64,000 nt of DNA from Nemertoderma westbladi (taxonomy: Eukaryota; Animalia; Xenacoelomorpha), in the NCBI GenBank assembly GCA_032718475.1, contig JAUCBJ010006713.1:36899-100898 (forward strand), read 5' to 3'. This document shows positions 30,096 to 41,900 of this stretch, one piece after another. The translations under genes and the position numbers were made by a program. Within the stretch, counting starts at the first letter, position 1, and each line of letters starts with the position of its first letter. The notes under the pieces were generated by a model that had not been told where the DNA came from, searched no databases, and saw only the letters and a list, made by a program, of their open reading frames with translations.

Positions 30096-31261
30096 TGTTC
30101 GCGCTTTCAGACCTTTGGCAGTTTAACCCGCCAAATTATGATGTCTTCTAGATAATAAATCACTTTTAGTCTATGACAAGTATTTAATTCACTACACTAG
30201 TCGAAACCAATCTGTGCGCGATCATTCACCCGCTGGATATACCCGGGAGATTGGGTTCGACGGCTTAATTTTATTGCTATGTAAGCCTAATGTATTATTC
30301 GACTGACAGTATTATATAATCTCTGACAATATTATTCACCTTCGGGAAATATTAACAGTTCCTTTAGGACGTGGCGCTCTATCTATACAAACAGAGTTAT
30401 GACTTAAACTACTCACAACGATATGGCTTAGTTATAATTCACATATATGGCGCATTCTTTAGGAAATGCTTCGTTATCAGTCTCACTCATACACAATGCT
30501 GCACAATACTGCACACTGATCTGCCGATCTTCACTGAATTTAGTTATATATAAAATGAACACGGACAGACTCATGTAGGTTCTATCAAATAACATTAGAT
30601 TCACTTCAAACCACTTTAACATAAGTCACAATCGTTATATGTAACCTTTCTCTCTTACCTTCGGTATATCAAGAATATTGGGTTTCGGGGTTATTTATCG
30701 TTATTCCAAATATAATAATTCATCAACCATATTATGAAGAACTGACAGTAAATAGCAGTATAACAATATAAAAGTATGCACAGTGATTCAGTGTGCGTTA
30801 AGTTCATTAGTTTGTGTTGGTTTGTTTTGTTATGATAACGGATATATGCCCTTTATAATTAAGCCTACTAGTGTTAGACTAAAACAGAAAAGCACAAAAT
30901 ATTTACAAGCCGTTCTCTCCTGGCTCAGGAAAGAAAGACCAACAACACTGAAAACTGATAAGAATAACCTTATTTACAAAGGCTTCCACCCAACACAGAG
31001 AAAGAGCATACAGATAGGAAAATTCAGTTCAGTAGATCTGTGATAGGTCGAAATCAAAATCAACTCAAATTCTATTGGCAGATACTTTCCCAAGCTGGTT
31101 GGACAATCAAACGTAGCCCAGATCCCTTCGCACAGCGAATCAGCCAATCAGCCGGTAGCTTGCGCTATTCGAGTTATAGATCCCTTTTTAGAGTATTCTA
31201 GCGACTGGGGGGAACTGGTTAGCAAGGCAAACGAATCAGTTATCCCACAAAAGCTTTTACA
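30096..31261 (-). repeat. 3' LTR (1166 bp)
   Basis: Near-identical to 46508-47674; minus-strand AATAAA at 30270-30275. Confidence 0.97.
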
Positions 31262-31339
31262 CCGCTCCCAGAAAATGGGATTTAAGTCTATAAAATATAC
31301 AAAATCACAATTTCTAATATACATAAATACTCTAAACAG

Positions 31340-33115
31340 TTAGTCTTTCTTGCGCGGACGGCGTTTACGCAGTTTTTTAAAGCTAGCAAGAGTCCTTTTC
31401 TCTTTGGGGCGAGCCACTTTACGAGGAGGGCTGTAGCTCCTAGGCGAAGGGTGCAATATAATTGCATCAGAAGGCGCAGGGTTACGATCGGTATACCCGC
31501 CGGTCGAAGTACCTGGTTGATTAATATCAACCTCAGTGGAGCGAGGTCTAACGGCCTTTAGAGCGCGTCTCAGGACAGCAGCTCCTACGGGTACTTGACG
31601 GGTCGTCTGGACACTAGCGGTGGGTGGACCGTGAGTGGTGAGGAACTTTCTCGGTTTAATGGTTCTCTCCAGCTCGCGTTCTCGGGTTCGATATTCATAT
31701 GGTCGCCGAGATATTTCCTGTAGTTCAGGATGCGAGTTCACAAAGATGTCGCCATACTCAGGGTCCTGATGGATAAAATTGATCAGGTGATATGTGGTTA
31801 TATCATTAGGGTTAACGTTTCTAAGGTATTTCCTGACAAACTTGGTGGAAATACACTCACCAACACGCTTCATTAACTCGTAACTTGGTACGCGTGTTTT
31901 CTGTTCAATCGACGCGAATAGATAAGGATGGAATGCGTAAACTCCCTCGTAAGCTCGTCCAGGGTAATAGCGATGTCGGGATTCGCAATGTAAATCCGCG
32001 TTCGCTTCCCAAGCTCGGATGTATCGCAGGGTGATCATCTCGTCTACGCTCTCTAAATCGCGATTAAAGGGACAATTGTAACTTTCATGTCCTTTAAGTT
32101 GACAGTAGTGACATTGAGTCATAAATTGTGGGCAGACGACAAATATATGAGAGTTATTAAGCCGGCAATAAGCACAATATATTTCCATCATCGGTTGTTC
32201 GAGGAAATAGGAACAAGGCACGCTCGAGTCTAGAGGGGTGAAGTGGTCTCTCGATGCGCATAATCGACAACGTTTTCGAGAAACGTAGTTGGCGTGTCGA
32301 TAATCGTACGCTGTGAGACGCTGTGGGCCTTGATACCACTCTATGACATAATCATTGTCACTGCTCCGGGAAGTTGTAGGCTGAATCGCTTCTGATTCCA
32401 AGCACACTGGTTCATCCTCCAGTTGTATAGACGAAGTGGGTGCGTCTGTCTCAGTAAGTGGATCCACTGTCTGTATTTCCACGACAGAATAACCTGTAGG
32501 TATTCGGGGTCTTTGTATAACAGATGAATGTGAGTTCTGTATACAAACGTCTTGAAACACGGCAAATCCAGCGCTACTCAGTTTCTCCGCAGCTGAGTCT
32601 CTAAGACTGAGTTTGGTCAGCGCGCGGTCTTTGAACTGACTATCGACGTTACGGAACGGAGTCAGAAAGCGCCGGAAACATTCGAAACGTATGAACTTAT
32701 TATGTTCGTCTAACTTGGCGAGTTTAGTTCCAAGTATTAACGGGTGAGCGCGTATGGTACGACTGCACACATCGGCTAGCCAACCGGCAAGTGCTGCGTT
32801 TTCAAAGATCGTGTATATAGCTAAGGAAGGGCGAAGTGGAACACTCATAAAGCTATATACGGCACCAGGCGCAGTTAATGGTCCATCAAAATATAAACGA
32901 GAGTAATGATCTCCATATACTTGCTGGTAATTGGTAGGATTTCCAACTTTGAAATTCCATCCATATTCTTGAAAGGCAAGATGTCCGATGGATGTCCGTT
33001 GTACCTTAGTAATGTCGCTGGGTGTATTGGCATACATAGTGCGAAAGAAACCTCGGCCTTCGGCCCAAGGAGCAATCAGCTGAGTATCAACGAAAGGGTA
33101 TGGAATGTTCTCCAT
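31340..33115 (-). CDS. Accessory 591-aa ORF of the Bel/Pao element: three CCHC zinc-knuckle-like motifs and a basic NLS-like C-terminus; function unknown
   Basis: CRLC-x4-H-x9-C, CAYC-x5-H-x4-C, CHYC-x4-H-x4-C; ends KKLRKRRPRKKD; no evident signal peptide or TM segment; lies between pol and the 3' LTR in sense orientation. Confidence 0.8.
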   Translation of the reverse strand: MENIPYPFVDTQLIAPWAEGRGFFRTMYANTPSDITKVQRTSIGHLAFQEYGWNFKVGNPTNYQQVYGDHYSRLYFDGPLTAPGAVYSFMSVPLRPSLAIYTIFENAALAGWLADVCSRTIRAHPLILGTKLAKLDEHNKFIRFECFRRFLTPFRNVDSQFKDRALTKLSLRDSAAEKLSSAGFAVFQDVCIQNSHSSVIQRPRIPTGYSVVEIQTVDPLTETDAPTSSIQLEDEPVCLESEAIQPTTSRSSDNDYVIEWYQGPQRLTAYDYRHANYVSRKRCRLCASRDHFTPLDSSVPCSYFLEQPMMEIYCAYCRLNNSHIFVVCPQFMTQCHYCQLKGHESYNCPFNRDLESVDEMITLRYIRAWEANADLHCESRHRYYPGRAYEGVYAFHPYLFASIEQKTRVPSYELMKRVGECISTKFVRKYLRNVNPNDITTYHLINFIHQDPEYGDIFVNSHPELQEISRRPYEYRTRERELERTIKPRKFLTTHGPPTASVQTTRQVPVGAAVLRRALKAVRPRSTEVDINQPGTSTGGYTDRNPAPSDAIILHPSPRSYSPPRKVARPKEKRTLASFKKLRKRRPRKKD

Positions 33116-34034
33116 ATTCCTGTTGTATGCCTAATATGTTCTCCGACAGCGATGGTAGAGCAGAGGAAAAAACTATTTCGCATTCTAAATATTCAGAAAT
33201 ACGATCTCAGTAGGAGCATTGTTACATTCGAGGACTATCTCCAACTGAAGTTATCCCCAGTGCGGTGAGGGAACAACCAGTTCAATGCCTCAGTTGTTCT
33301 ACAGATTATAAGATTTATATCTCCAATCATTGAGGGAGGTGAACAACCAGATTTATGACACACAATGGTACCAGTTGTTCACCTACTAACTGCGTGTCCT
33401 TTCAGTCCTTGTATCACGGTTGTGGATTTAAGGAAATCCCAGGTGGTTGATTATCTAATCAACAACGAGAGGGTGGAAGTTGATATCATAAATATCAACA
33501 GAATGACACATGGACAGGAGGTGCGGACACCAATATTAGCATACAAATAAACGGTAAGGGGGTGGAGGTTGATATCATAAATATCAACAGAATAAGACAT
33601 GGACAGGAGGTGCGGACACCAATATTAGCATCCAGATTAACAGTAAGGGATGGGATGTTTAGTGCTCGTTTCCCGAAGCTCCGAGCACGTTGGGAAGAGA
33701 AGGTGGGATGAAATATGTCGTATCTTTAGTAACAACATATAAGAGGGTAAGAGGAGTAGAGAGGAGGGAGGATATACGATAGTATCCATAAGATACCACA
33801 ATGGATGTGTTTTCCGTCACATCATCATTCATTCCTGCCTTTTAATTGTGACACTGATCACAATAATTACAGGAAAACGATGAAGGAAGGGAAAGTTACA
33901 GCCTCCCGAAGGAGACTGCCCGAGAGCACCCGTGCCCCGGGGAAAACTATTCACATTATGGACCCTGGACATTAACCCATGTCTCTTTTCCAGTGGTTCT
34001 CCTTTATTTGTTCGCATCAACCTTCTTCCACGTT

Positions 34035-34412
34035 CTATCCTTCGAGTTGATTTCGAATAGAGTTCTCGTGTTCTATTCTCGATTTGTCGTTTCGACTCCG
34101 CTGGGTATGATATTTAAATAAAACCATTTCCCTTTCGGTGTCGACATCGTCGGTGTCGTGTAAATCAATAGGATGACCAGTAGTCAAGAAGTCCATATAC
34201 GTACCATTACGATGCGTATAGCGAGCAGTGAATTTTCTATAGTCCAATTCACGCGTAAGTTGCTCCTGGGACATTGGCGGTTCGATATAACGACCATCGT
34301 CCTCCGTAGTAGTTGGATCAGCGTCGCCGCGTATCAAGCTATCGACAAACGCTTGTAAAGGTAGAATATATCTCTCCCTGATACCAAGATCATCTTCTAT
34401 TAATTCAGTCAT
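34035..34412 (-). CDS. Small acidic accessory ORF (125 aa) in the 3' region of the element
   Basis: Sense-oriented ATG ORF with protein-like composition, preceded by TAGCAG (possible splice acceptor). No recognisable domain. Confidence 0.4.
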   Translation of the reverse strand: MTELIEDDLGIRERYILPLQAFVDSLIRGDADPTTTEDDGRYIEPPMSQEQLTRELDYRKFTARYTHRNGTYMDFLTTGHPIDLHDTDDVDTEREMVLFKYHTQRSRNDKSRIEHENSIRNQLEG

Positions 34413-36062
34413 ATCTGCTATACGAGTTCACCAATATTATAATGAGTTTATATATTTATTAGGCGAGCGGGCGTCGCTGCCTACTTCTCCCTTGCCCCCG
34501 GACAGTATGAGATTCTCAGCGCCGATGTACCGCTGTCGCTATACTTTCGCCAACGACGTAGCCGTACAACGACAACGATAACCGGCACAAGTCACTCAAC
34601 TGTCCGTCCCAAAGGCTTAGATGTACTTCAGGTTTTCCTTGGAGAGTTAGGTTACTTTTACGATTGCGACTAGCTACTGTAAACACACTTTAGCAGTAAC
34701 ATTCACCTATAAACTCACAAATACCACACAACTGGTCACAACTACACACATTCGGGCCATTTGTCCGTTAGTCAATGCCTTCCAGAATGTCACTGTATTA
34801 TTATGTATCCTTGGATACTAGCAGTGCGCTATTTATTCCCTATGCTATTCAATGGGACAAGCTTTCTATTGTTCTTTTAACTCAATTCTAATTCTAGCGT
34901 GGTTGTTGCTATGGTGACATTATGCAAAGCTAGCGGTAGAATTAGGGTAATTCCAATGCATACAGATCTGGGATGTTATTTAATAGTATTCTTTAATAGT
35001 CAATGTTCTGTTTTATACATGACTTTATGAATTTTATCGGCTATTGACTATGTTTGGGAGACTTTCGCACACTCATATGCATAATAAGATAAATCTCCGC
35101 TCCCTTGATCTATTAATTAATGGAATTTTGGGAATGTTATAAATTGCGTAAAAATGGCAATTTATTAAATTCATTAAAAGGCATGAATTTAAATTTATTC
35201 CCTGAAATTTTATTATTTGATAATTAAATGGACATATTTTGATTCTAGAACATGTCTGGGGACACAAGATCCTTAATTCTATGACAATTGTCTTTTTAAG
35301 AATATCGGTAAATGCTACGATATCTTAATTGACTAGAATTGTTGAAGGATCTGAATTTTACAGATTTTGATTTATTAGATTTGCAAATATTAAATAATTA
35401 ATATTTGAGATGGGCACCGATTTATTCCAGAACTTGTCTGGGGACGTTAACCACTGATTCTAGAATTTGTCTTTCAAGTATATCGGTGGGTGCCGCGATA
35501 TCTTAATCGACTAGAATTACAGATGGTCAAAGGGTTTAACAGATTTATTTTGCGTTATACGCTACTGTTAAAGGGACATCACGCTACTATATGTATTATT
35601 TAATATACGGTATGAGAGCAATATCGCACGAAGCAATGTCAGTGTGAAGAGGCAAGTCGTTTCCAAGGTCTACCCAGAGCTTGGTTTAGCCGAGACACGA
35701 GGATCTGAACTTTGCATTCCTAATACTCTGCCTACCAATAATACTTAAATATAGTAGTGGCTTTATTGTACTTTAATAAGTACGGACATTTCATCTTACT
35801 GTAGTTACGTATTTATAATATAATACGGACAGTAAGGAAAGAGAAAAAGAATTATTTCTCGCCGTCGCACTAAATATAATATAAGTAATTACGTACGCAA
35901 TGAACACGAACATATTGCACTATTCTACTAAATAATCGCTAAATAATATTCTACTAAATTAAATAAAACGATTATAATAAAATTACATAGTAATACATAC
36001 ATAAATATAAAAATAATAAAATAATATAAAATAATAGAGTCACACGCCCACTCCGAACGATA

Positions 36063-38975
36063 TTAAGTTGGGGAGCCCCTAGATGTCGGTTGGATTAGGG
36101 AAGTGGTCGTGGGAAGAGTTTCTTGCCTTCCATAGTTTCCGGAGAGCTCTCTGTCTCTTTCCAGTAAACATAAACGACCCACTGGGCGATTGAGCTGTTG
36201 AGTCTCAAAGACTATCCCTGGTTTCTTAAAGTTACGCCGCATTACGACGAGCTCTACTGATCGCACCAAACCATCGCTCGAGATATGAGTCTCGATGATA
36301 CGTCCTGTTTGCCATCGCTTACGTGGGAGATCGGGGTCCACAATAAGCACCATGTCTCCAGCGCTGACGTTTTCTTGCTGCGCAAACCACTTAGTTCGAA
36401 GTTGTAGAGTGGGCAGGTAATGTTTCTCGAAATGGTCAGCGAAACGACGGGATAGCAACTGCATAAGTTGCCAGGTTCGACGGCAGTACTCGTCTCCGTC
36501 TGTGATCTCCGATCGTGGGAGCATGGCTACGGGCTTCTTCAGTAGAAAGTGCGCGGGTGTTAGCGCTTCCAGGGAATCAGGATTTGAAGAGACTGGCATA
36601 AGCGGTCTTTCGTTGAGATAGGCGGCGATTTCCTCCATTAACGTCCGCAATAGTTCGTCGGTGAGATAAGCGCGACAAGGCACAATAAAGTGGAACGCAG
36701 TCTTCACGCTCCTAATCAATCTCTCCCAACTTCCTCCCCACCAAGGGGCGTCGGCGGCGTTGAAGGTCCAGCTAGACGCTGTTATCCTTAGCTGATCGTC
36801 CACCTGTCTTTTGTTCCAGTCCTTTACGTAAGCTTGAATTTCGTTGTTGGCGCCAATGAAGTTCGTTCCCTTATCCGATCTCATCGTGTTACTGGTTCCG
36901 AAGCGAGCGATCTGTCGTCGTAAACTCAACACGAAGCTGTTGGTGGATAGATCGTTTACCATATCGAGATGGATAGCTCTACAAGTCATACAAACGAAGA
37001 TGACACACCATCTCTTGACTATAGTCCGGGCACGATATACTTCAATAGGGCCAAATAAATCCACACCGGTATTAGTAAAGGGTGGTTCATAGAAGCTTAC
37101 TCTTTCCCTAGGTAATTCTGCCTCTCGCTGTGTCAAAGGCCTACTGAATGCTTTCCTACAGGGTATGCAGTTCCTAAGAACTTGGTTCAGAGCCCTACGG
37201 GGTTTATAAAAATAGTAGCGAGTTCGAATTTCGCTCAGAACTCGTTCTCTACCAGCATGGTACAGTTTGCTATGAACATCTACAATCATCTTGATTTGTA
37301 TGTCAAGATTTCTAATGAGTATGGGAAATTTAGTGTCAAAGGATAATGGGGCGTTGGTCAGCCTACCTCCAACACGTATTAACCCATCTATCATGGTACT
37401 AGAGAAGCGATCCCTTAAGCGCATCTGTGGATTTCTTAACAACAGGAAATACTTATCGGAATCCTCATAACATTGTAGGAGTCTCAGCATCTGTTTGTTG
37501 GTTTCATCATGCTCCTGGTAACTGATCTTCTCCTTTAGAAACCTGTCGGATATCTTGTATTGGGGAAGGTCTTTAACAACATGGACTCGTGCAGATGTTG
37601 ATGGAGCATCATCACTATTGGTCTTTGTCCCGGAGTAACGATGATGAAAACATCGTTTTAAATAGGTGACGGCTTTACAGAGCCGATTCCAGGAGCTGTA
37701 GTGACGTATCGCTCTCTGCAAGAGGGGTGAGAGTCCTTGCGCGATATCTGGTATTCCAGATTTCCAATCCTTGTCACGGATTTCCAAGACTTCTTTAGTC
37801 GTGGCGGTGGGTTTCTGATCCAAAGCATCCTCTCCGGAAGTAAATAATACAGATAGATCAACCGCAGGTTTAAACAACTTCGATTTACTCGCTCGAGTTT
37901 TGGGTTTAACTTTCTCCGCTCCCTTGGCCTGTCTGATTTCTGCTGTTGTGAGATGGGGAGGCCATTCTTCTTCTTCTCTGTAGAGAAAGTCAGGTCCTCC
38001 TAACCATTCGGGAGTATTTACCAATTCCTTTGGAGTCGCTCCCCTGGAAGCGATGTCTGCTGGATTAATCGTTCCGGGGCAATGTCTCCATTGATCCATC
38101 GTCGTGCGACTAAGTATGATGGCTACTCTGTTGGTAACGAAGACGCTGAACTGACAGACTTCATTGGTTATATACTCTAACACGAGTAAAGCGTCGGTCC
38201 AATAGACAGTTTTCTCTAATGGATAGTCAATCTGTTCTGTTACATTCCGGCCGATGGCTGTAGCGTATAGAGCCGCTTTTAACTCCGCTCGAGGAACTTT
38301 CAACTTGTTGTTGATTAATGCCTTAGAAGTAACCAAGGCGACTTTGATTCCATCCGGAGTTTCCACTCTTAGGTAGGCTACTATACCTATTCCCATATCG
38401 CTGGCGTCTCCAAACACATGGAGTTGATAGGAATACGTAGGGAGAACATGACCAAAATATGAACGGGAAATTATAAAATCCTCGATAGCCGGCAGAGAAT
38501 CTTCCCATTCCATCCACTTCTTCAATAATTCTCCCTTAAGTGGATCGTCCCATGAGTGGTTTTCAAGCCACATTTGTTGTACCAAACTACGAGCAATCAA
38601 TATAACTGGGCTAATAAATCCCAATGGATCGAAATAAGTGCTCAGTATACTTAAGCAAATCCGTTTGGTTCGAACTGGATTATCTCGCTGTTTTAGCTGG
38701 AAAAACAGGATATCTCGCTCTGTGTCCCATTTCAAGCCGAGTGTCTTGGTTTCTGGCAGATCATCTTTGATCAAATCGAGATCTTTCGCTCCTCGATCTT
38801 CCGCAGGGATCGACTCCAGAAACTCACGGGAGTTGCTGGTGAATTTCGTTAATCGAAACCCACCTCTTTTTAAGCACTCTACCGTTCCTTTAGCGACCTC
38901 AATGGCTTCCTCAACTGATGGGAGGGACTTCAGATTGTCGTCCATATATATGTCTCTCTTGATGTTGTCGATCAC
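36063..38975 (-). CDS. Pol C-terminal part: RT (YMDD), Pao RNase H/peptidase A17 region, integrase (HHCC and DDE), DUF5641-like tail
   Basis: IYMDD, KTLGLKWD, FDPLGFISP, LHVFGDAS, KVPRAEL, YWTDA, NPADIASRG, H-x4-H...C-x2-C, TGVDLFGP, RSDKGTNF, WERLIRSVK. Confidence 0.95.
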   Translation of the reverse strand: MIDNIKRDIYMDDNLKSLPSVEEAIEVAKGTVECLKRGGFRLTKFTSNSREFLESIPAEDRGAKDLDLIKDDLPETKTLGLKWDTERDILFFQLKQRDNPVRTKRICLSILSTYFDPLGFISPVILIARSLVQQMWLENHSWDDPLKGELLKKWMEWEDSLPAIEDFIISRSYFGHVLPTYSYQLHVFGDASDMGIGIVAYLRVETPDGIKVALVTSKALINNKLKVPRAELKAALYATAIGRNVTEQIDYPLEKTVYWTDALLVLEYITNEVCQFSVFVTNRVAIILSRTTMDQWRHCPGTINPADIASRGATPKELVNTPEWLGGPDFLYREEEEWPPHLTTAEIRQAKGAEKVKPKTRASKSKLFKPAVDLSVLFTSGEDALDQKPTATTKEVLEIRDKDWKSGIPDIAQGLSPLLQRAIRHYSSWNRLCKAVTYLKRCFHHRYSGTKTNSDDAPSTSARVHVVKDLPQYKISDRFLKEKISYQEHDETNKQMLRLLQCYEDSDKYFLLLRNPQMRLRDRFSSTMIDGLIRVGGRLTNAPLSFDTKFPILIRNLDIQIKMIVDVHSKLYHAGRERVLSEIRTRYYFYKPRRALNQVLRNCIPCRKAFSRPLTQREAELPRERVSFYEPPFTNTGVDLFGPIEVYRARTIVKRWCVIFVCMTCRAIHLDMVNDLSTNSFVLSLRRQIARFGTSNTMRSDKGTNFIGANNEIQAYVKDWNKRQVDDQLRITASSWTFNAADAPWWGGSWERLIRSVKTAFHFIVPCRAYLTDELLRTLMEEIAAYLNERPLMPVSSNPDSLEALTPAHFLLKKPVAMLPRSEITDGDEYCRRTWQLMQLLSRRFADHFEKHYLPTLQLRTKWFAQQENVSAGDMVLIVDPDLPRKRWQTGRIIETHISSDGLVRSVELVVMRRNFKKPGIVFETQQLNRPVGRLCLLERDRELSGNYGRQETLPTTTSLIQPTSRGSPT

Positions 38976-38979
38976 TTCC

Positions 38980-41900
38980 TTAGAGAATGGCCTCTCGGTT
39001 GTCCTCTGCAGTGGTACGCACTACCGAACAGGCGTTGGAAGGGCTTGAGATTATCCCAAAGGCCTGGATGGTCATCCAGTACTCCACCGGTTTCTGGTTG
39101 AGGTCTCCTTCGGGCCACCACAGAAATCGTAGACTATCTCGATCCCTATCTAACACCTTGACTTGTAAGAACATGCCTTCTATATCGGAGGCGAAAGCAA
39201 TCGAATATTGTCTCAATCTTAAAAGAATTCCCAACAAAGATTGAAGCAAGTTGGGTCCGGGTAACAATTCAGAGTTAAGGGATTGACCCATGTAAAGAGC
39301 GGAGCCATCAAACACTACTCTCACTTCGTGTGGCTTACCGGGTTTAGGAACGTAATGGTGAGTTAAGTAATACGTTCTTTCAGTCACAGGTGTTTCTTCC
39401 GGTACTCTCTCCGCGTATCCCTTACTAATAAATTTCTCCAGCTGTGTTTGATACATTGCTTTAGCTGAAGAATTAGCCGTAAGGCGTCGATGGAGTTGCG
39501 CGATTCTTTTTTCCGCCAAGGGTCTGTTATTGATGAACTTCGGTTCTTTCTTGCGGAAAGGTAGACCGACTTCATACCTACCTTGATCTTTGAGGAAACG
39601 TGTAGTTGTCTCTTGGATCTGCTTGGCCCTTTCCTCTTCCACCGACAAGGCTTTATCGTAGGAATTGGGCTCTACCGCCTCTTGCGTAAAGAATCGTACG
39701 GCATGTTCATCTCGAGTCTTGGCATTATGACGCTCAATGACGTCATTTAACTCGTCGTTATAAGCTTCTCGTTCAGATGGATAAAGAAGTTGACATAAGT
39801 TCACTTGGTTTTGCCAAGCCTCGTTTTCCTTAAGGAGATCGATGGTATTCTCCTCATCAAAAAGCTGGTGAATGTCGTCGTTATCTGAGGAGTATGGAAT
39901 TCCCTCAGTTGAATCGTCTCCCTCACTAGTATCATCTTCCCATTCACTCACCTGGCAGACGTTCTCTTGAGGTAGTCTTTCTCTGAGTGTTCTACGGGAA
40001 GGGCCAGTAAAGTACCAACCTACTCTAGTTCTTACCGCATAGGTCTGTAGGGGCTGCGGTTGAGCAGGCCGTTTCTCTAATGTCTCCAGCGCCTCATGCG
40101 CGTTTTGGCCGATGAGTATTTGCACTCCAGGATAATCAGTCTGGAATCGAGGTATCTTAAGATGTTGGATACTCTCATCCTCGTCCCAATTATAAAGGTC
40201 TGCTTGAGTAGTAGCGAAGTTCTTTATAGCCACCATTTTCACTGACCTTATGCTATGTTCTCCTAGTTCGTCCTGGGGGGTGGACAACGCGCCTACATAA
40301 TAATCAGCTGTTACTGTAGATTTCCAAACTTGCATAATGCCGGACATGTTGAGCTTAGTTCGGAACTTGGGTTGTCCACTGAATATGTCTTCGGCTAGTT
40401 CTTTATCAATGAATGTTCCTGTACTACCGGAGTCAAGGAGGGCGTTCACTACATAACTCCTCTTAGGTCCGTGAACCCTTACTTGCACCACAGGAAACTC
40501 TCGGATCCCTACATTGGAAGATGGCTCTTTCCAAGATGGTTGTCGTTCAGAAGTGGTTAGAGTGAAGTCGCTGTCTGTATCCTTTTCATATGTGAGTGCT
40601 CGATACACTGCGGTATTTATCATGTAACAGGATTCGTTTTCGTCGGAGAACTCGTCTGTATAGAATCCTTCCATCTCAGATTGATCAGTGTCGTTCACAT
40701 CACTGAATTGGACATGTAGCTCGGAATCACTTACCTGATTCGGACTATTTCGCTCGAATTCAGCGTGCAACAAGATATGATGTTTCGCACCACACTTTGC
40801 ACACCTTATGTCAGAGAAACAGGTTCGCCGTTGGTGTCCTTGTCTGAGGCAATTATAACATAACCGCTTATCCCACATGACTTCTCGTCTCTCCGATAAT
40901 GATTTCTTCAGGAATTCATCACACATATTCAAACGGTGGGTCCCGTCACACAACGCACATTTCGGTTTGATGTTACTTACCTTATTTTGAGTCACATTGT
41001 GTACACTTGCCTTTTCTTCGGGCTTTCTCACCGGAATTCTCTTGGGAGACGTGGGAGGAGTTTTTCTTATCGGTTCTCTCCTGTCATTTGCTCGAGACTT
41101 GAATTTACTTACCTGATCTTTAGGCATTTTATTGACATAATAAGATCTCTCAGTGTCTTTCCCGCTATCTTCTCCTTGAGAAGTCTGGCTTTCGCCGTCG
41201 TCTGTATAACACACTGGTGTTACCTTTCTCCTAGAGACGGGTTTTTCACTTACCTTGTTTTCCGGTGTCTTCTCTCTGGACAGTTTCAGGAGCTGTAATT
41301 TCACTTCTCCATCGAGGAATGACATGAGATCAGCCATGGTAGGGTCTCGTCGTTGCTGTTCCATCATATATAACACTTTCTTATCCCAGCGTGTACCTAC
41401 TCCACCCTTCGGTAAAGTAGAAGCCACTGCTCTAATAACCATAGTGTTCTGATACTCATGAGACTTACCTAGCCAATCTAATTGTCTGCAGATCTCCTGG
41501 ATCTCATCGGAAAACTCGATAATTCCGCTACTAATAAACTTTCGGGGCGCTACTAACTTTGCATACAAGTACCCAGCGATATTATTCCTATTACCATACC
41601 TGATGTTTAGTGTATCCCAAACTTGTCTTAATCCATCTGGATGTCCAATAAACTTTAACGCCATTAACTTGGGAGATCCTTCCAAGCACTCGATGAGGTA
41701 TCTAAGTTTTTCTCCATTAGATAGTACAGAGTTCTGTATGTTATCTTTGTAATATTCATTAAAAGGTAACCATTTCATCTCATCTCCATTGAACTTGACG
41801 ATCTCTCCCACCTTTACCGCTTGCCGGGCTTCGGTTCTAGCCATTTGACGCGTAAAACTTTCTTGGGCCATCGTGTTATTTAATATCGAGTTATCGGTAT

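Noticed and set aside
31340-33115. Envelope gene
   Set aside because: No signal peptide or transmembrane anchor is evident; it has zinc knuckles and a basic tail instead.
38960-39000. Possible programmed frameshift between the 1758-aa and 970-aa ORFs
   Set aside because: The break is inside RT just before YMDD, with no slippery heptamer. Removing one G restores NREPFSKEVIDN, so a mutation or sequencing error is more likely.
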